A DNA stretch of 32,000 nucleotides. It comes from Acaryochloris marina S15. Its GTDB lineage: Bacteria; Cyanobacteriota; Cyanobacteriia; Thermosynechococcales; Thermosynechococcaceae. A model generated the notes under the pieces. It was given only the letters and a program-made list of their open reading frames with translations, was not told where the DNA came from and made no database searches. Every line of letters begins with the position of its first letter. The stretch's first letter is position 1. The DNA lies in the NCBI RefSeq assembly GCF_018336915.1, contig NZ_CP064923.1, positions 330,001 through 362,000 on the forward strand. The letters run 5' to 3'. A program made the position numbers and the translations under genes. Shown piece after piece: positions 19,070 through 28,010 of the stretch.

Positions 19070-20338
19070 TTATGGGCTATCTAATTGCTGGAGCAAATCT
19101 TCCCATCGATTAATATGCTGTTGATAAGAAAATCGAGATTGGAAGAGATTTAAACCATTGACTGCCAATGTTATTCGCTTGATTTCATCATTAGCGATTT
19201 CAGTCACTGATTGAGCAATAGTTTGTGGTAAACAGTCGTTTAAAAAGTAAGCCGTTTGCTCATTAACTGTGCTAGGGATCTCACCAATACGAGACGTAAG
19301 AACTGCACAACCACTCGCTAAAGCTTCTAATATCACCAGTGGCTGAGCTTCAGTTTTGTATTGGCTAGGAAAAACAAAGACATGTGCTTGATGAAACAAT
19401 TCTTGCTTTTGTAATCCAATCGCCCCATCAATCCACTGTAGACTGATTTGAGAAGATTGGTTGATCTCTTTAATTTGACTTTTTATCCAGTTCTGAGCTA
19501 GCTCAGGGTTAGAAAAACGAAGATTAGCATTGTCTGAAAATATGGTTTTTCCACATAAGATAAAGTTGAGCTTCCGATGAGTCTCTCTAGCTTCTTTAGA
19601 TAGGATATAAGCTGCTTCAATAAACTGAATATATCCTTTTTCTTCAAGTAAATTACTGAGAAATAGTATATTGAGAGGCCGATTAAGTGTAAGTGTCTGT
19701 GTATGTTTTTGCTTGATTCTAGAAATATTTAAGCTATCAATTAAGCAAGTATTATCAGCCACAAATATTTTATTAGGAGTGATGCCTAGCTCTTTTAGCT
19801 GAGTCACTTGATTAGGACCTAATACTGATATAAGATTGGCAGAACCTGAAATCATACGCAAGAATTTGGCTTCTAAATCTTTATATTGCCAAGTCATGAA
19901 ATTGCTTCCATGAAGCGAAATAATACCCGTCGTTTTGCGATTATTGAAAAAATACCTTAAAACGAATGGGATTCCTTCTCGCATCATTGAGAATTTGGTT
20001 TGGCCAAGTGATACATAAAGAATATACTCAGGCTTGAGCCGAAGTACCTGAAGCCAAGCATAGAGTAATACAGGAGTAGCATTTAGTATGCTGATTAATA
20101 ATATATTTATTTTAATTCGTTGATTGGTGGTTTTGCGTTCAAGAGCAGGCAACCGGATTGAATGAACATTCCAATTCCGTTCTTGTAGACCTTTTATTAC
20201 AATCTCGGAAGCCAATCTCTGGCCAGAACAATAGGTCCCATGAGCATAAAGTGCAGCGATGCTTGTTTGCTTATTGGAGCTACCTATTGGCCATTCAGAT
20301 TGAGTCGTGTGTTTCGGCAAGAGATGTTTCATAATCAA
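19070..20338 (-). CDS. Glycosyltransferase family 4
   Basis: 422 aa. The C-terminal E-x7-E region is FVFPSQYKTEAQPLVILEALASGCAVLTS. The annotated ATG overlaps the upstream gene by 44 nt, so the true start is uncertain. Confidence 0.75.
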   Translation of the reverse strand: MIMKHLLPKHTTQSEWPIGSSNKQTSIAALYAHGTYCSGQRLASEIVIKGLQERNWNVHSIRLPALERKTTNQRIKINILLISILNATPVLLYAWLQVLRLKPEYILYVSLGQTKFSMMREGIPFVLRYFFNNRKTTGIISLHGSNFMTWQYKDLEAKFLRMISGSANLISVLGPNQVTQLKELGITPNKIFVADNTCLIDSLNISRIKQKHTQTLTLNRPLNILFLSNLLEEKGYIQFIEAAYILSKEARETHRKLNFILCGKTIFSDNANLRFSNPELAQNWIKSQIKEINQSSQISLQWIDGAIGLQKQELFHQAHVFVFPSQYKTEAQPLVILEALASGCAVLTSRIGEIPSTVNEQTAYFLNDCLPQTIAQSVTEIANDEIKRITLAVNGLNLFQSRFSYQQHINRWEDLLQQLDSP

Positions 20339-21506
20339 TTAAGCGTTTGCGAGCAATGGATTCCCAACTGAACATTTGTTTCATCTTTTGACTACCAATG
20401 TTTCCCAATTCGGCACGCTTATGGTGGTCTTTCAGTTGTAGCAATGTATCTACTAAACAATCTAAATTATTGATGTGATATACCAATCCATTGCCTTCAA
20501 TATGATCAAAATATCCAATACCATCGCTTACGACAAGTGGTAATCCACAAGCAGCAGCATCAAGCATTGAAATGCTTTCATTTGTCGGCCAGACTCCTAT
20601 ATCAGCAGCACGATAGTACGTAGACAATTGATGGTACGGCATAAAATCTAAGATTTGGCAATTTGGATATTTTGAGATTTCACTTTTTTGTACACCATTA
20701 CCTATAAAAAGCCCCACAAACTTTTGCCCCTGAGCCCGCAATCGCTCAATGGCTTGAGCAAGAATCAGTGCATTTTTAGTCTCAGTGAATTTGCCACTGT
20801 AAACACAAATGATGTCATCGGGAGAGAAACCCAACTTTTGGCGAGTTTCAATACGTTCTTGCTGCATATGAGGTGTATCCGTAGCAGGATAGAAAAAATC
20901 TGTATCTACCCCCAAAAACATGACTTCTACTTTCTGTTGCTGAACTCCAAAAAATTTCCAAGCTATCTCAGCACAGTCTTGATTCGGGCAATAGCATTTC
21001 TCTGTTACTAGGCTAGCCAGTCGACCAGGGATACTGCGTGTCAGGAAACAGCGCACTTTTGCGGGACTAATCGTTCGGTGTGGCATGCTAGCAAGCGGGA
21101 ACGTACTGGAACTACGGTGATTACCTGTAAAGAGCTTATAGCCAAGCTTTGATTTTGCAAGCGCTAAATCTAATGGAATCCAACCAATGGGCACAGTAGT
21201 CTGCACAACATGGGGAGCTATATCCTTAAGCATTTGATACCACCCTTGCATTTGAAGGTGACCTACCACTCGCTTATATGGCAAAGTATGGACTGTAAAC
21301 CCATCCAATTGTTCACTGGTTGCAGTAGAAGAGAGATTGACTAGATCAGGATACGTTTCTTCAAAGTCTTGGAGGTAGCTGTAACAAGGGAGTGTAGTGC
21401 TTACAACATGTACTTCGACGCCGAGCCGTGCTAAATACTTCGGTAAGACATTTTCGATGTATCCCATATTTTTTGTGAATGATTCGACCATCAATACAAT
21501 TTTCAT
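20295..21506 (-). CDS. Glycosyltransferase family 4
   Basis: 403 aa. The N-terminus is MKIVLMVESFTKNMGYIENVLPKYLARLGVEVHVV. The C-terminal region is ..ADIGVWPTNESISMLDAAACGLPLVVSD. Confidence 0.8.
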   Translation of the reverse strand: MKIVLMVESFTKNMGYIENVLPKYLARLGVEVHVVSTTLPCYSYLQDFEETYPDLVNLSSTATSEQLDGFTVHTLPYKRVVGHLQMQGWYQMLKDIAPHVVQTTVPIGWIPLDLALAKSKLGYKLFTGNHRSSSTFPLASMPHRTISPAKVRCFLTRSIPGRLASLVTEKCYCPNQDCAEIAWKFFGVQQQKVEVMFLGVDTDFFYPATDTPHMQQERIETRQKLGFSPDDIICVYSGKFTETKNALILAQAIERLRAQGQKFVGLFIGNGVQKSEISKYPNCQILDFMPYHQLSTYYRAADIGVWPTNESISMLDAAACGLPLVVSDGIGYFDHIEGNGLVYHINNLDCLVDTLLQLKDHHKRAELGNIGSQKMKQMFSWESIARKRLIDYETSLAETHDSI

Positions 21507-21594
21507 TGATTTTGCAATTCACGTTCACGTTTAAGTCCATGAGTCAGCTTAGTCGATATCCGCTGTCTAGCGCGATCTCACTCACTTCAAAGTA

Positions 21595-21645
21595 TCTCTC
21601 AGAATTCTGAGAGACTGAAAATCTCCGTTATGAGTCTCTCAGAGA
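21595..21645. promoter_or_regulatory. 20-bp perfect palindrome plus a third copy of its half-site in the divergent intergenic region
   Basis: TCTCTCAGAATTCTGAGAGA at 21595-21614 is self-complementary. TCTCTCAGA recurs at 21635-21643. The element lies about 90-140 bp upstream of the GT gene start (21506) and about 265-315 bp upstream of the FkbM-type gene (21909). Confidence 0.55.
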
Positions 21646-21908
21646 TGTGGCTCTACCACTTGGCAAAAAGACAAAATTGTCAAAAGAGCACTATTTCAGA
21701 GTGTTGCCGGATCAAACGAAATCTTGTGGGTAATACCGGAATAATAGAATTACCTGCTTGTCCTGGCTTCATCATTTTTTATGTCTTTGAGATAGCCTTA
21801 TGAGAAGGTGTTGTATCGCGAATAGATATACTCAATTATCTAATGTCGTATTTTGTTTTAGATTGAATTCTGCATGTAGGCAATAACCATAGTAGCTGTA
21901 TAGATAGT

Positions 21909-22634
21909 ATGCCCCTCCAAAAGATATCGAAAAAAATAATAAAACGACTGTCATATCATACATTTCAAGCATTTGGAATGGATGCAATCACTCGCATCAA
22001 AATTACCAAGAGAAATGATCTCCAAAAATTTGGGACTGATTATGGAGGTTGGGTAATTCCAACACGTCTAATTAATGAGCATTCAATTTGTTACTGTGTT
22101 GGCTGTGGAGAAGATATCTCATTTGATCTGAGCCTGATTGATCATTTTAATTGCGATGTTTATGGCTTTGATCCAACCCCGAGAGCCATTGAATATGTAA
22201 AAAGTGTTGTTGGCCAGAACCCTAAATACCATTTCTATAACGTCGGACTCTGGGATGCAGAAGATACATTAAAATTTTTTGTACCTAAAAACCCTACTCA
22301 TGTTTCTCATTCACTTGTCAACCTCCAAAAAACAAATGAGCATATATTAATTAAAGTAAACAGGCTTGCTTCTCTTATGAAAGATCTCGGTCATGAGAAG
22401 ATAGATCTTCTTAAAATTGATATTGAAGGAGCTGAGTACAAAGTTATTGAATCTATCATTGAAGATGGAATCAATATAAAAGTGATCTGTGTAGAATACG
22501 ATGAATGTTCTAATCCGCTTGATTCAAACTATAAGGATAGAGTTCAAACATCGGTGAATCATCTTCTATACAATGGTTACTCATTAGTATTTGTTCAAGA
22601 TAATGGTAATTATGTTTTTGTTAAAAGTATCTAA
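21909..22634 (+). CDS. FkbM family methyltransferase
   Basis: 241 aa. It carries the hallmark IDLLKIDIEGAEYKVIESI motif and a CVGCGEDISFD Rossmann start. It is the only plus-strand gene in the glycan locus. Confidence 0.8.
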   Translation: MPLQKISKKIIKRLSYHTFQAFGMDAITRIKITKRNDLQKFGTDYGGWVIPTRLINEHSICYCVGCGEDISFDLSLIDHFNCDVYGFDPTPRAIEYVKSVVGQNPKYHFYNVGLWDAEDTLKFFVPKNPTHVSHSLVNLQKTNEHILIKVNRLASLMKDLGHEKIDLLKIDIEGAEYKVIESIIEDGINIKVICVEYDECSNPLDSNYKDRVQTSVNHLLYNGYSLVFVQDNGNYVFVKSI

Positions 22635-22642
22635 GTCAAAAG

Positions 22643-22681
22643 CATGTTAGTTAAGTAGAATTGTGCTACTTAACTAACATG
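22643..22681. terminator. 16-bp perfect-stem hairpin between convergent genes
   Basis: CATGTTAGTTAAGTAG (22643-22658), loop AATTGTG, CTACTTAACTAACATG (22666-22681). It starts 9 nt after the FkbM-type stop. No flanking T-run, so it is a non-canonical terminator. A second 12-bp hairpin lies at 22762-22790 next to the stop of the 22807..23649 gene. Confidence 0.5.
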
Positions 22682-22806
22682 TATGAAGAGTAACATTGAA
22701 AGAATTTTTCATGTTACAAATAATGTGATTCGATAATTTTGTTGAATAGTAATTTTTTATTAATAGTCTAAAGTTAAGCTTTAGACTATTGACATCATTT
22801 GAAAGC

Positions 22807-23649
22807 TTAGCTCCATGCTATTCCAATTCCACCGCCTGGATACCAGTGTTTTTTAGGCTTTTCTTTAAAGAAAATAAATTTTCGATTGGTATTCATAGCA
22901 AACCTTTGAAGCTTGTCAGTTTCATGAGAGTTATCTCCGAGAATAACTGACTTGAGAGATAGCTTCTCTTGAATTACCTTATATTCTTCCATCTCATAAT
23001 CAGCAGAGTGATCACTATCATTGATAAAAAGATCTATTGATTCTGATAGTAATTGGAGTGACTCAATTGAATCCCCATATAATATTTTCCCGACTTGATC
23101 ATAAGGAGAAGTAAACAAAAATCCTGCATCAGGATTTATATCAGTGCCGTAGTATTGACCAGAATGTCCTTCGGCTTGATTACGCAATAGAGCAGAACAT
23201 ATTACACAGCTTCCTAAGCCTTTATCAATACCAGTTTCAATAACAACTTTTGGCTTTAAGATCCGTACGAAAGCATACCAGCCAATGCGCCGTCCGTACT
23301 GTACATTTGCATCAGAGCTATTTCTATCAAGACTATTTCCTTGACAGATTGAAGTTTTTATAAGCTCTCTGAGATCTATATCTTGTTCAATCTCTTCAAA
23401 GTAGCTTAATACTTTGTTGGTATCGACTTGGGTTATTAGAGAAATAATTGAAGCTAGCTGTAAGCGATTATTAGAATCTAAACCATAGGTGAAATTTGTT
23501 ACTTCTTTTGATGTTGCTAACCATATGAGTATCCGCTTAAGTTGCGGTAGCTGATAAGCCATAGATACTCTAATTCGTAGCAGAAATATTGAGGGCTTAA
23601 TTAAGGGAGATGAAAAAAGAAGTTTCTTGAACTGTTGCTTTGTAAGCAT
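22807..23649 (-). CDS. Class I SAM-dependent methyltransferase (TylF/Methyltransf_24-like)
   Basis: 280 aa. It shows VIETGIDKGLGSCVICSALL...GTDINPDAG...DLFINDSDHSADYE, which matches the macrocin-O-MT-like fold pattern. Confidence 0.65.
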   Translation of the reverse strand: MLTKQQFKKLLFSSPLIKPSIFLLRIRVSMAYQLPQLKRILIWLATSKEVTNFTYGLDSNNRLQLASIISLITQVDTNKVLSYFEEIEQDIDLRELIKTSICQGNSLDRNSSDANVQYGRRIGWYAFVRILKPKVVIETGIDKGLGSCVICSALLRNQAEGHSGQYYGTDINPDAGFLFTSPYDQVGKILYGDSIESLQLLSESIDLFINDSDHSADYEMEEYKVIQEKLSLKSVILGDNSHETDKLQRFAMNTNRKFIFFKEKPKKHWYPGGGIGIAWS

Positions 23650-24097
23650 AGTGCGGTTAATTCATACCATTGCTAGTCATAACAATAAATGAGAAGGATT
23701 GACCATGAAAGCACAACAATCCATTGGGTAACATGGAGTTGAGATTGAGCGGAAAAGCATAGGCTTATCGTATTTGATAAGTTACATGTTCCTTCCATAA
23801 TATTGTTGTCTTGAAGTCATGCTCTTGAGTAATAAAATTAGGTGATGATTGCAATATATGCGTAATGAAGAATGCTTGTGATTGTTTGCGTTACCAGAGT
23901 CTTTTTGATGAATTGCTACTTAACTATCTAGTTAGAACGATTGTCATCAATATAGCGATTGTTTTTATCTCAGCTTATTTCAGCATACTCTAAGTTAGCG
24001 AACATAATTATGCTATTGTCACTGCACGCTATCGATGAGCGTAGGGTGATAAAGCCTCTCTTAAATCTTTCAAAATACTATCTTGAAGTTTGATGAA

Positions 24098-24847
24098 TTA
24101 ATTGTTTTTGTTGAAGCCTTTAGTCTCAGTGAAATAAGGACTTCTGCATATAAGAGTAGAATGATAAGTCCATAGAGAAGTTGCCCATCTTGGAAATAGA
24201 TTTAAGCTAATCTCTTTAATATAATATTGAGCTATACCTTTTCTATCGCCAGCATATCTATACATTGTTTTTGATATATTACTAACTTGCTGTCCTAGAA
24301 CTTGAAATTGACAAGTTTGTATCAAGCGCCTAATTGTTTTCGTATTGTAGTAATTGATATGGCCAACTTTATCAGGCACAAAATCTTTGGATAGACGAAT
24401 GTTGTCTTCAAGGGGAACTTCAATACATACATGTTGGGCAACACGGGCAATTTCATAAAGTAGTTGACGTGGAAATTCTACATGCTCTAATACATGGGTT
24501 AGGATTACAAGATCAAATGTTTGGTTATCATACGGAATTTTATAACCATCAAATTGTTGACATTCGACGAGATTAGGAATTTGACGCCTCTCAATAACCG
24601 TAACACCAGAAGCTGATAGTTCTAGTCCATACAGATGATCTCCAAATTGTCGATTACTCAATTCCTGTAAGATTGCACCATCGCCAGCTCCAACTTCTAA
24701 AATTGTGCAATGAGGAAGAACATCACATAATTGAATAATATTATTGACTTTGTCAGTAGCACCTAGCTTTCTCCATTCTAGTTCGCCTTCTTTATAGTAT
24801 TCATCGTAATTCTCTTTGAGGGACTTGGAAGGAGTAAAATTTTGCAT
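24098..24847 (-). CDS. Class I SAM-dependent methyltransferase
   Basis: 249 aa. Motif I is ILEVGAGDGAILQEL. A post-I acidic residue follows (GLELS), then FDLVILTHVLEHVEFP. Confidence 0.8.
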   Translation of the reverse strand: MQNFTPSKSLKENYDEYYKEGELEWRKLGATDKVNNIIQLCDVLPHCTILEVGAGDGAILQELSNRQFGDHLYGLELSASGVTVIERRQIPNLVECQQFDGYKIPYDNQTFDLVILTHVLEHVEFPRQLLYEIARVAQHVCIEVPLEDNIRLSKDFVPDKVGHINYYNTKTIRRLIQTCQFQVLGQQVSNISKTMYRYAGDRKGIAQYYIKEISLNLFPRWATSLWTYHSTLICRSPYFTETKGFNKNN

Positions 24848-24881
24848 AATTTATGACTTGAGGCTTGTTGTTTTCTGAATT

Positions 24882-26252
24882 TTAAATTGATGGTTTAAGC
24901 GATTTTGGGATTTTCTTTTTGTTCTTCTTAAGGGAACTAAATCGTCGTAACATTAGATAAAAAATAAAATTTAGACCTAAGCCAAAAGAAAATAATGTTG
25001 TCAGAAAATTGCCTTCTGACAGGAAGAAGGTTGACATGGACAAGGCGATATAAGTTCCCAAGACGCTCGGTGTTTTGTGCGACCCGATAAACCACTGATG
25101 ATAGTAAGATAGCAGGCTAACTATAAGAATTGATTGTAAGACTACTCCAAAATAGCTGAAATCAGCCCAGGCTGCCCCAATAAATGCAGCATTCCATGTT
25201 CCAGTTGCATCAGTAATGTCACTAAACAAAAAATAGCCACGAATCACGCGTCCTGGATCGAGCACCACATCATTGTCAGTAAAGATATTAGTGAATGAAG
25301 AGCTAGCGCCATTTAAGTGAGGAAAAATGTCAGGATATACATGGAAGTGCAATTGCAAAGTTCGTGATACTTCTCCACTTAGTCGATTTGCAACTGCCAT
25401 TAAACCTTCTTGGTAGGTAATACCAGGGTACTGAACCATATATTGAAAAGGGAGCAGAATAAATATTAGCAATAGTGCAATGCCGATGAATCGTTTTCCA
25501 ACTTTAGTCGTTAATGATATGGTTATATGACCTGTTGAAAAGAGCCAGCAAAGAAATAACCCCAATAGAATCAGAATTACACCACCTTTCTGACCTGAAA
25601 TTAAATTTAGTAAAAATGTTATACAAAAGATAGCCCAAAAAAGCGGGGTATATTTTGTATTTATTTTTCGAATAAAAAATAAGATATATAGACATAAGGG
25701 TAATGCTGTAAATCTAAATGTACTGGCTATTCTTAGAAGTACTCCATTATTCGCATTTGCTCCAAAGGAAACTCGTGCTGCTTTATACGTTTCTGCTGTA
25801 ATGTCACCAGTTAAGAAATAATCAATAAAATCAGGTCTCCATAGCAGCCAGAATGTAAAAATAGCAACGAAAATTGCAAAAAATGGAAAAATATCTCTGA
25901 CATCCTTCCGTTTTTTTGTCGCTAGCTTGAGAAGATCCTGCTTGAATTCTTTCCGACTGAGCTTTCTTTTTCCAAAGAATGGACGTGAGATAATTATTCC
26001 CACAACGAAACTGATATACATTAACACTAATGAAGCTAACCATCTCAGGATTACCTGGTCAGAGAGTTGAAGCCCCATTTGTCGATAAGTAATATCGACA
26101 TTAAAAGGTATCATTATTCCATGCTTTAGAAAGAAGGCATAGAAAAATATAGTGAAAATGCTTAATCTAGAAAAGCAGCTAGTTAGCTTTTCTAATAGGT
26201 ACCCGATGATGAATAAAAATAAATACCAACTTATTATAAATCCTATATTCAT
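24882..26252 (-). CDS. Polytopic membrane protein, oligosaccharide repeat-unit (Wzy-like) polymerase candidate
   Basis: 456 aa with at least 10 hydrophobic segments. It is very AT-rich with Phe/Ile/Leu-rich composition. Size and context are typical of Wzy-type polymerases, but no diagnostic motif exists for this family. Confidence 0.5.
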   Translation of the reverse strand: MNIGFIISWYLFLFIIGYLLEKLTSCFSRLSIFTIFFYAFFLKHGIMIPFNVDITYRQMGLQLSDQVILRWLASLVLMYISFVVGIIISRPFFGKRKLSRKEFKQDLLKLATKKRKDVRDIFPFFAIFVAIFTFWLLWRPDFIDYFLTGDITAETYKAARVSFGANANNGVLLRIASTFRFTALPLCLYILFFIRKINTKYTPLFWAIFCITFLLNLISGQKGGVILILLGLFLCWLFSTGHITISLTTKVGKRFIGIALLLIFILLPFQYMVQYPGITYQEGLMAVANRLSGEVSRTLQLHFHVYPDIFPHLNGASSSFTNIFTDNDVVLDPGRVIRGYFLFSDITDATGTWNAAFIGAAWADFSYFGVVLQSILIVSLLSYYHQWFIGSHKTPSVLGTYIALSMSTFFLSEGNFLTTLFSFGLGLNFIFYLMLRRFSSLKKNKKKIPKSLKPSI

Positions 26253-26310
26253 ATGACTTAGTTTGTATTTTTAAAAAATCAACAATATAATGACTAATAT
26301 CTAACAAATC

Positions 26311-27723
26311 CTAAGACACTAAAATCTGTTGGTAAAGGTCTTTCTCTTCACTAGTTGTTAAATGGCTGTTATGCCATAGAAGTGTGAAGTTTCCTGAGAA
26401 TAGATGGCATGTCATCTTCATCGAGTTTATGGCCTTGAATGCTTCACCACTTGATATTTTTAAGTTCATAGACTTCTCTTGTAAAACAGTGGCTTCCATC
26501 ACAATTAAGGGACGTTCGTATAGCTGTAAAGATTGACTTGTCAATAGGTTAAATACAGGAAATTCAAAACAAGTTCCACACCGAAAACCAATATGTTCAG
26601 CAAAGCTTAAAGTCGTATCGTAGTCTAGTCCAGAATTATTGAGGTTTTGCCAAGTTTTTGGCGTACTCCATCTCAGGCAATGTTGTCGCCCTCCCCATTG
26701 TTTTTGGGTGATATGTTCTTCTGCACAAATAGTCTTTAAAATATCGACTTCTTGTTGAGTTTGGGGCTGGTCTTGATAGGTATTGAAGCTTGTATGCAAA
26801 CCAATTTCATGGCCTCGCTGATGAATTTCGGATAGTAAAGAGCGCATGACTGGATGAGATAAGTCATAATCTCCATCAATGGGGTGACAGGTGTGGTCTG
26901 CAATAAAGTAAAATGCGCTTTTCAGTCCCTGTTGTTCACTAACTTGCATAATAAAATCAAACACGTTGCAAGGATCAGACTTGAGATTACCCTGTTTGAC
27001 TGATAACCAAGATTGAATACTTTTTGCTAATGCCCTAGGACTTTTACGACGGACTATATCTCCGACACACCGCTTGAGTAAACGCTGTGGCCCAGAGAAG
27101 GCATAGCGAAAGGGCTCATCCACATCATGACTAACATAGATCTGGAAGCTATGATGCCGTCGCTCAAGTCTTGGCCACAATAGCAGCATACAATGCCAGA
27201 GAATCTCGATATATTCATTGACAATGGGGCGCACAAGAAAGTTCTCTTGATAGGCCAGTGATGCTGAGGCTGGAAAACGATTATGTATATCCCGCTCGGG
27301 TTTTACGACCTCTTCGTACCGCGTCAGCATAAAAAATGTAGAACCGAATATATCTAACCCCACATATACCTGGTCTTCAGATTGATTTAGAAAGTATGGA
27401 TTTTCTGGATCATCCCCAAAAATAATAGGTATATCCGTGTGAACTAACCGTGGACTTAGGGTGGTGTTACCTAAATCCCATATTTCAAGAGGCTGTTTTG
27501 GTAGGGAAGTAGGTGTTAACCATAAGTGCTTTGGTGTAGAGAAAAGAGTGTCTGCGATGACTAACTGCCGATGATCTCTAGCCGTAATGATTACATTGGA
27601 GTGGGAGTGTTTTTGAAGTTGGACTTGAAATCCCAGAAACTCTTCAAAAAGGACCCGGACGATGTATGTTCGCTCTGCCCAATAGGAATCGGGCATCTCA
27701 ATTTGAAGTGTTGGTTTAGACAC
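26311..27723 (-). CDS. CE4-like polysaccharide deacetylase/deformylase family protein with N-terminal extra domain
   Basis: 470 aa. It shows YVSHDVDEP (Asp-Asp metal/base motif variant), GHEIGLHTSFNTY (His-His motif) and QHCLRWSTP (Arg motif), spaced as in NodB/ArnD-type enzymes. The N-terminal domain of about 190 aa is of unknown function. Confidence 0.6.
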   Translation of the reverse strand: MSKPTLQIEMPDSYWAERTYIVRVLFEEFLGFQVQLQKHSHSNVIITARDHRQLVIADTLFSTPKHLWLTPTSLPKQPLEIWDLGNTTLSPRLVHTDIPIIFGDDPENPYFLNQSEDQVYVGLDIFGSTFFMLTRYEEVVKPERDIHNRFPASASLAYQENFLVRPIVNEYIEILWHCMLLLWPRLERRHHSFQIYVSHDVDEPFRYAFSGPQRLLKRCVGDIVRRKSPRALAKSIQSWLSVKQGNLKSDPCNVFDFIMQVSEQQGLKSAFYFIADHTCHPIDGDYDLSHPVMRSLLSEIHQRGHEIGLHTSFNTYQDQPQTQQEVDILKTICAEEHITQKQWGGRQHCLRWSTPKTWQNLNNSGLDYDTTLSFAEHIGFRCGTCFEFPVFNLLTSQSLQLYERPLIVMEATVLQEKSMNLKISSGEAFKAINSMKMTCHLFSGNFTLLWHNSHLTTSEEKDLYQQILVS

Positions 27724-27762
27724 GACTGACTTTGGATTTGTGACCGAGTGAGTTGAAGCAAT

Positions 27763-28005
27763 TCATGCATCAGTGTTCTCAACTGCTTCAATAATTGATT
27801 TTACAGACTGTAACTCAGCGATTTGTTCATCATCAAACTGAACATCAAATTCTTCTTCAATCGCTAGAACTAAGTTGATATGTTTCATGGATTCCCATTG
27901 TTCAACGGATTCTGGTGAAGAGTCTATGTTGAGCTTATCGGTTGGAACATTGAGGATGGTTGAGATGACTTGAATAACCCGAACTTGTGTTGTTGTTCCA
28001 GGCAT
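27763..28005 (-). CDS. Standalone acyl carrier protein
   Basis: 80 aa. It reads ...SSPESVEQWESMKHINLVLAIEEEFDVQFDDEQI. The W-E-S-M serine is placed like the phosphopantetheinyl Ser of the (D/E)S(L/M) motif at the start of helix II. Its start lies 6 nt after the FkbH-like gene stop. Confidence 0.8.
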   Translation of the reverse strand: MPGTTTQVRVIQVISTILNVPTDKLNIDSSPESVEQWESMKHINLVLAIEEEFDVQFDDEQIAELQSVKSIIEAVENTDA

Positions 28006-28010
28006 TGACG

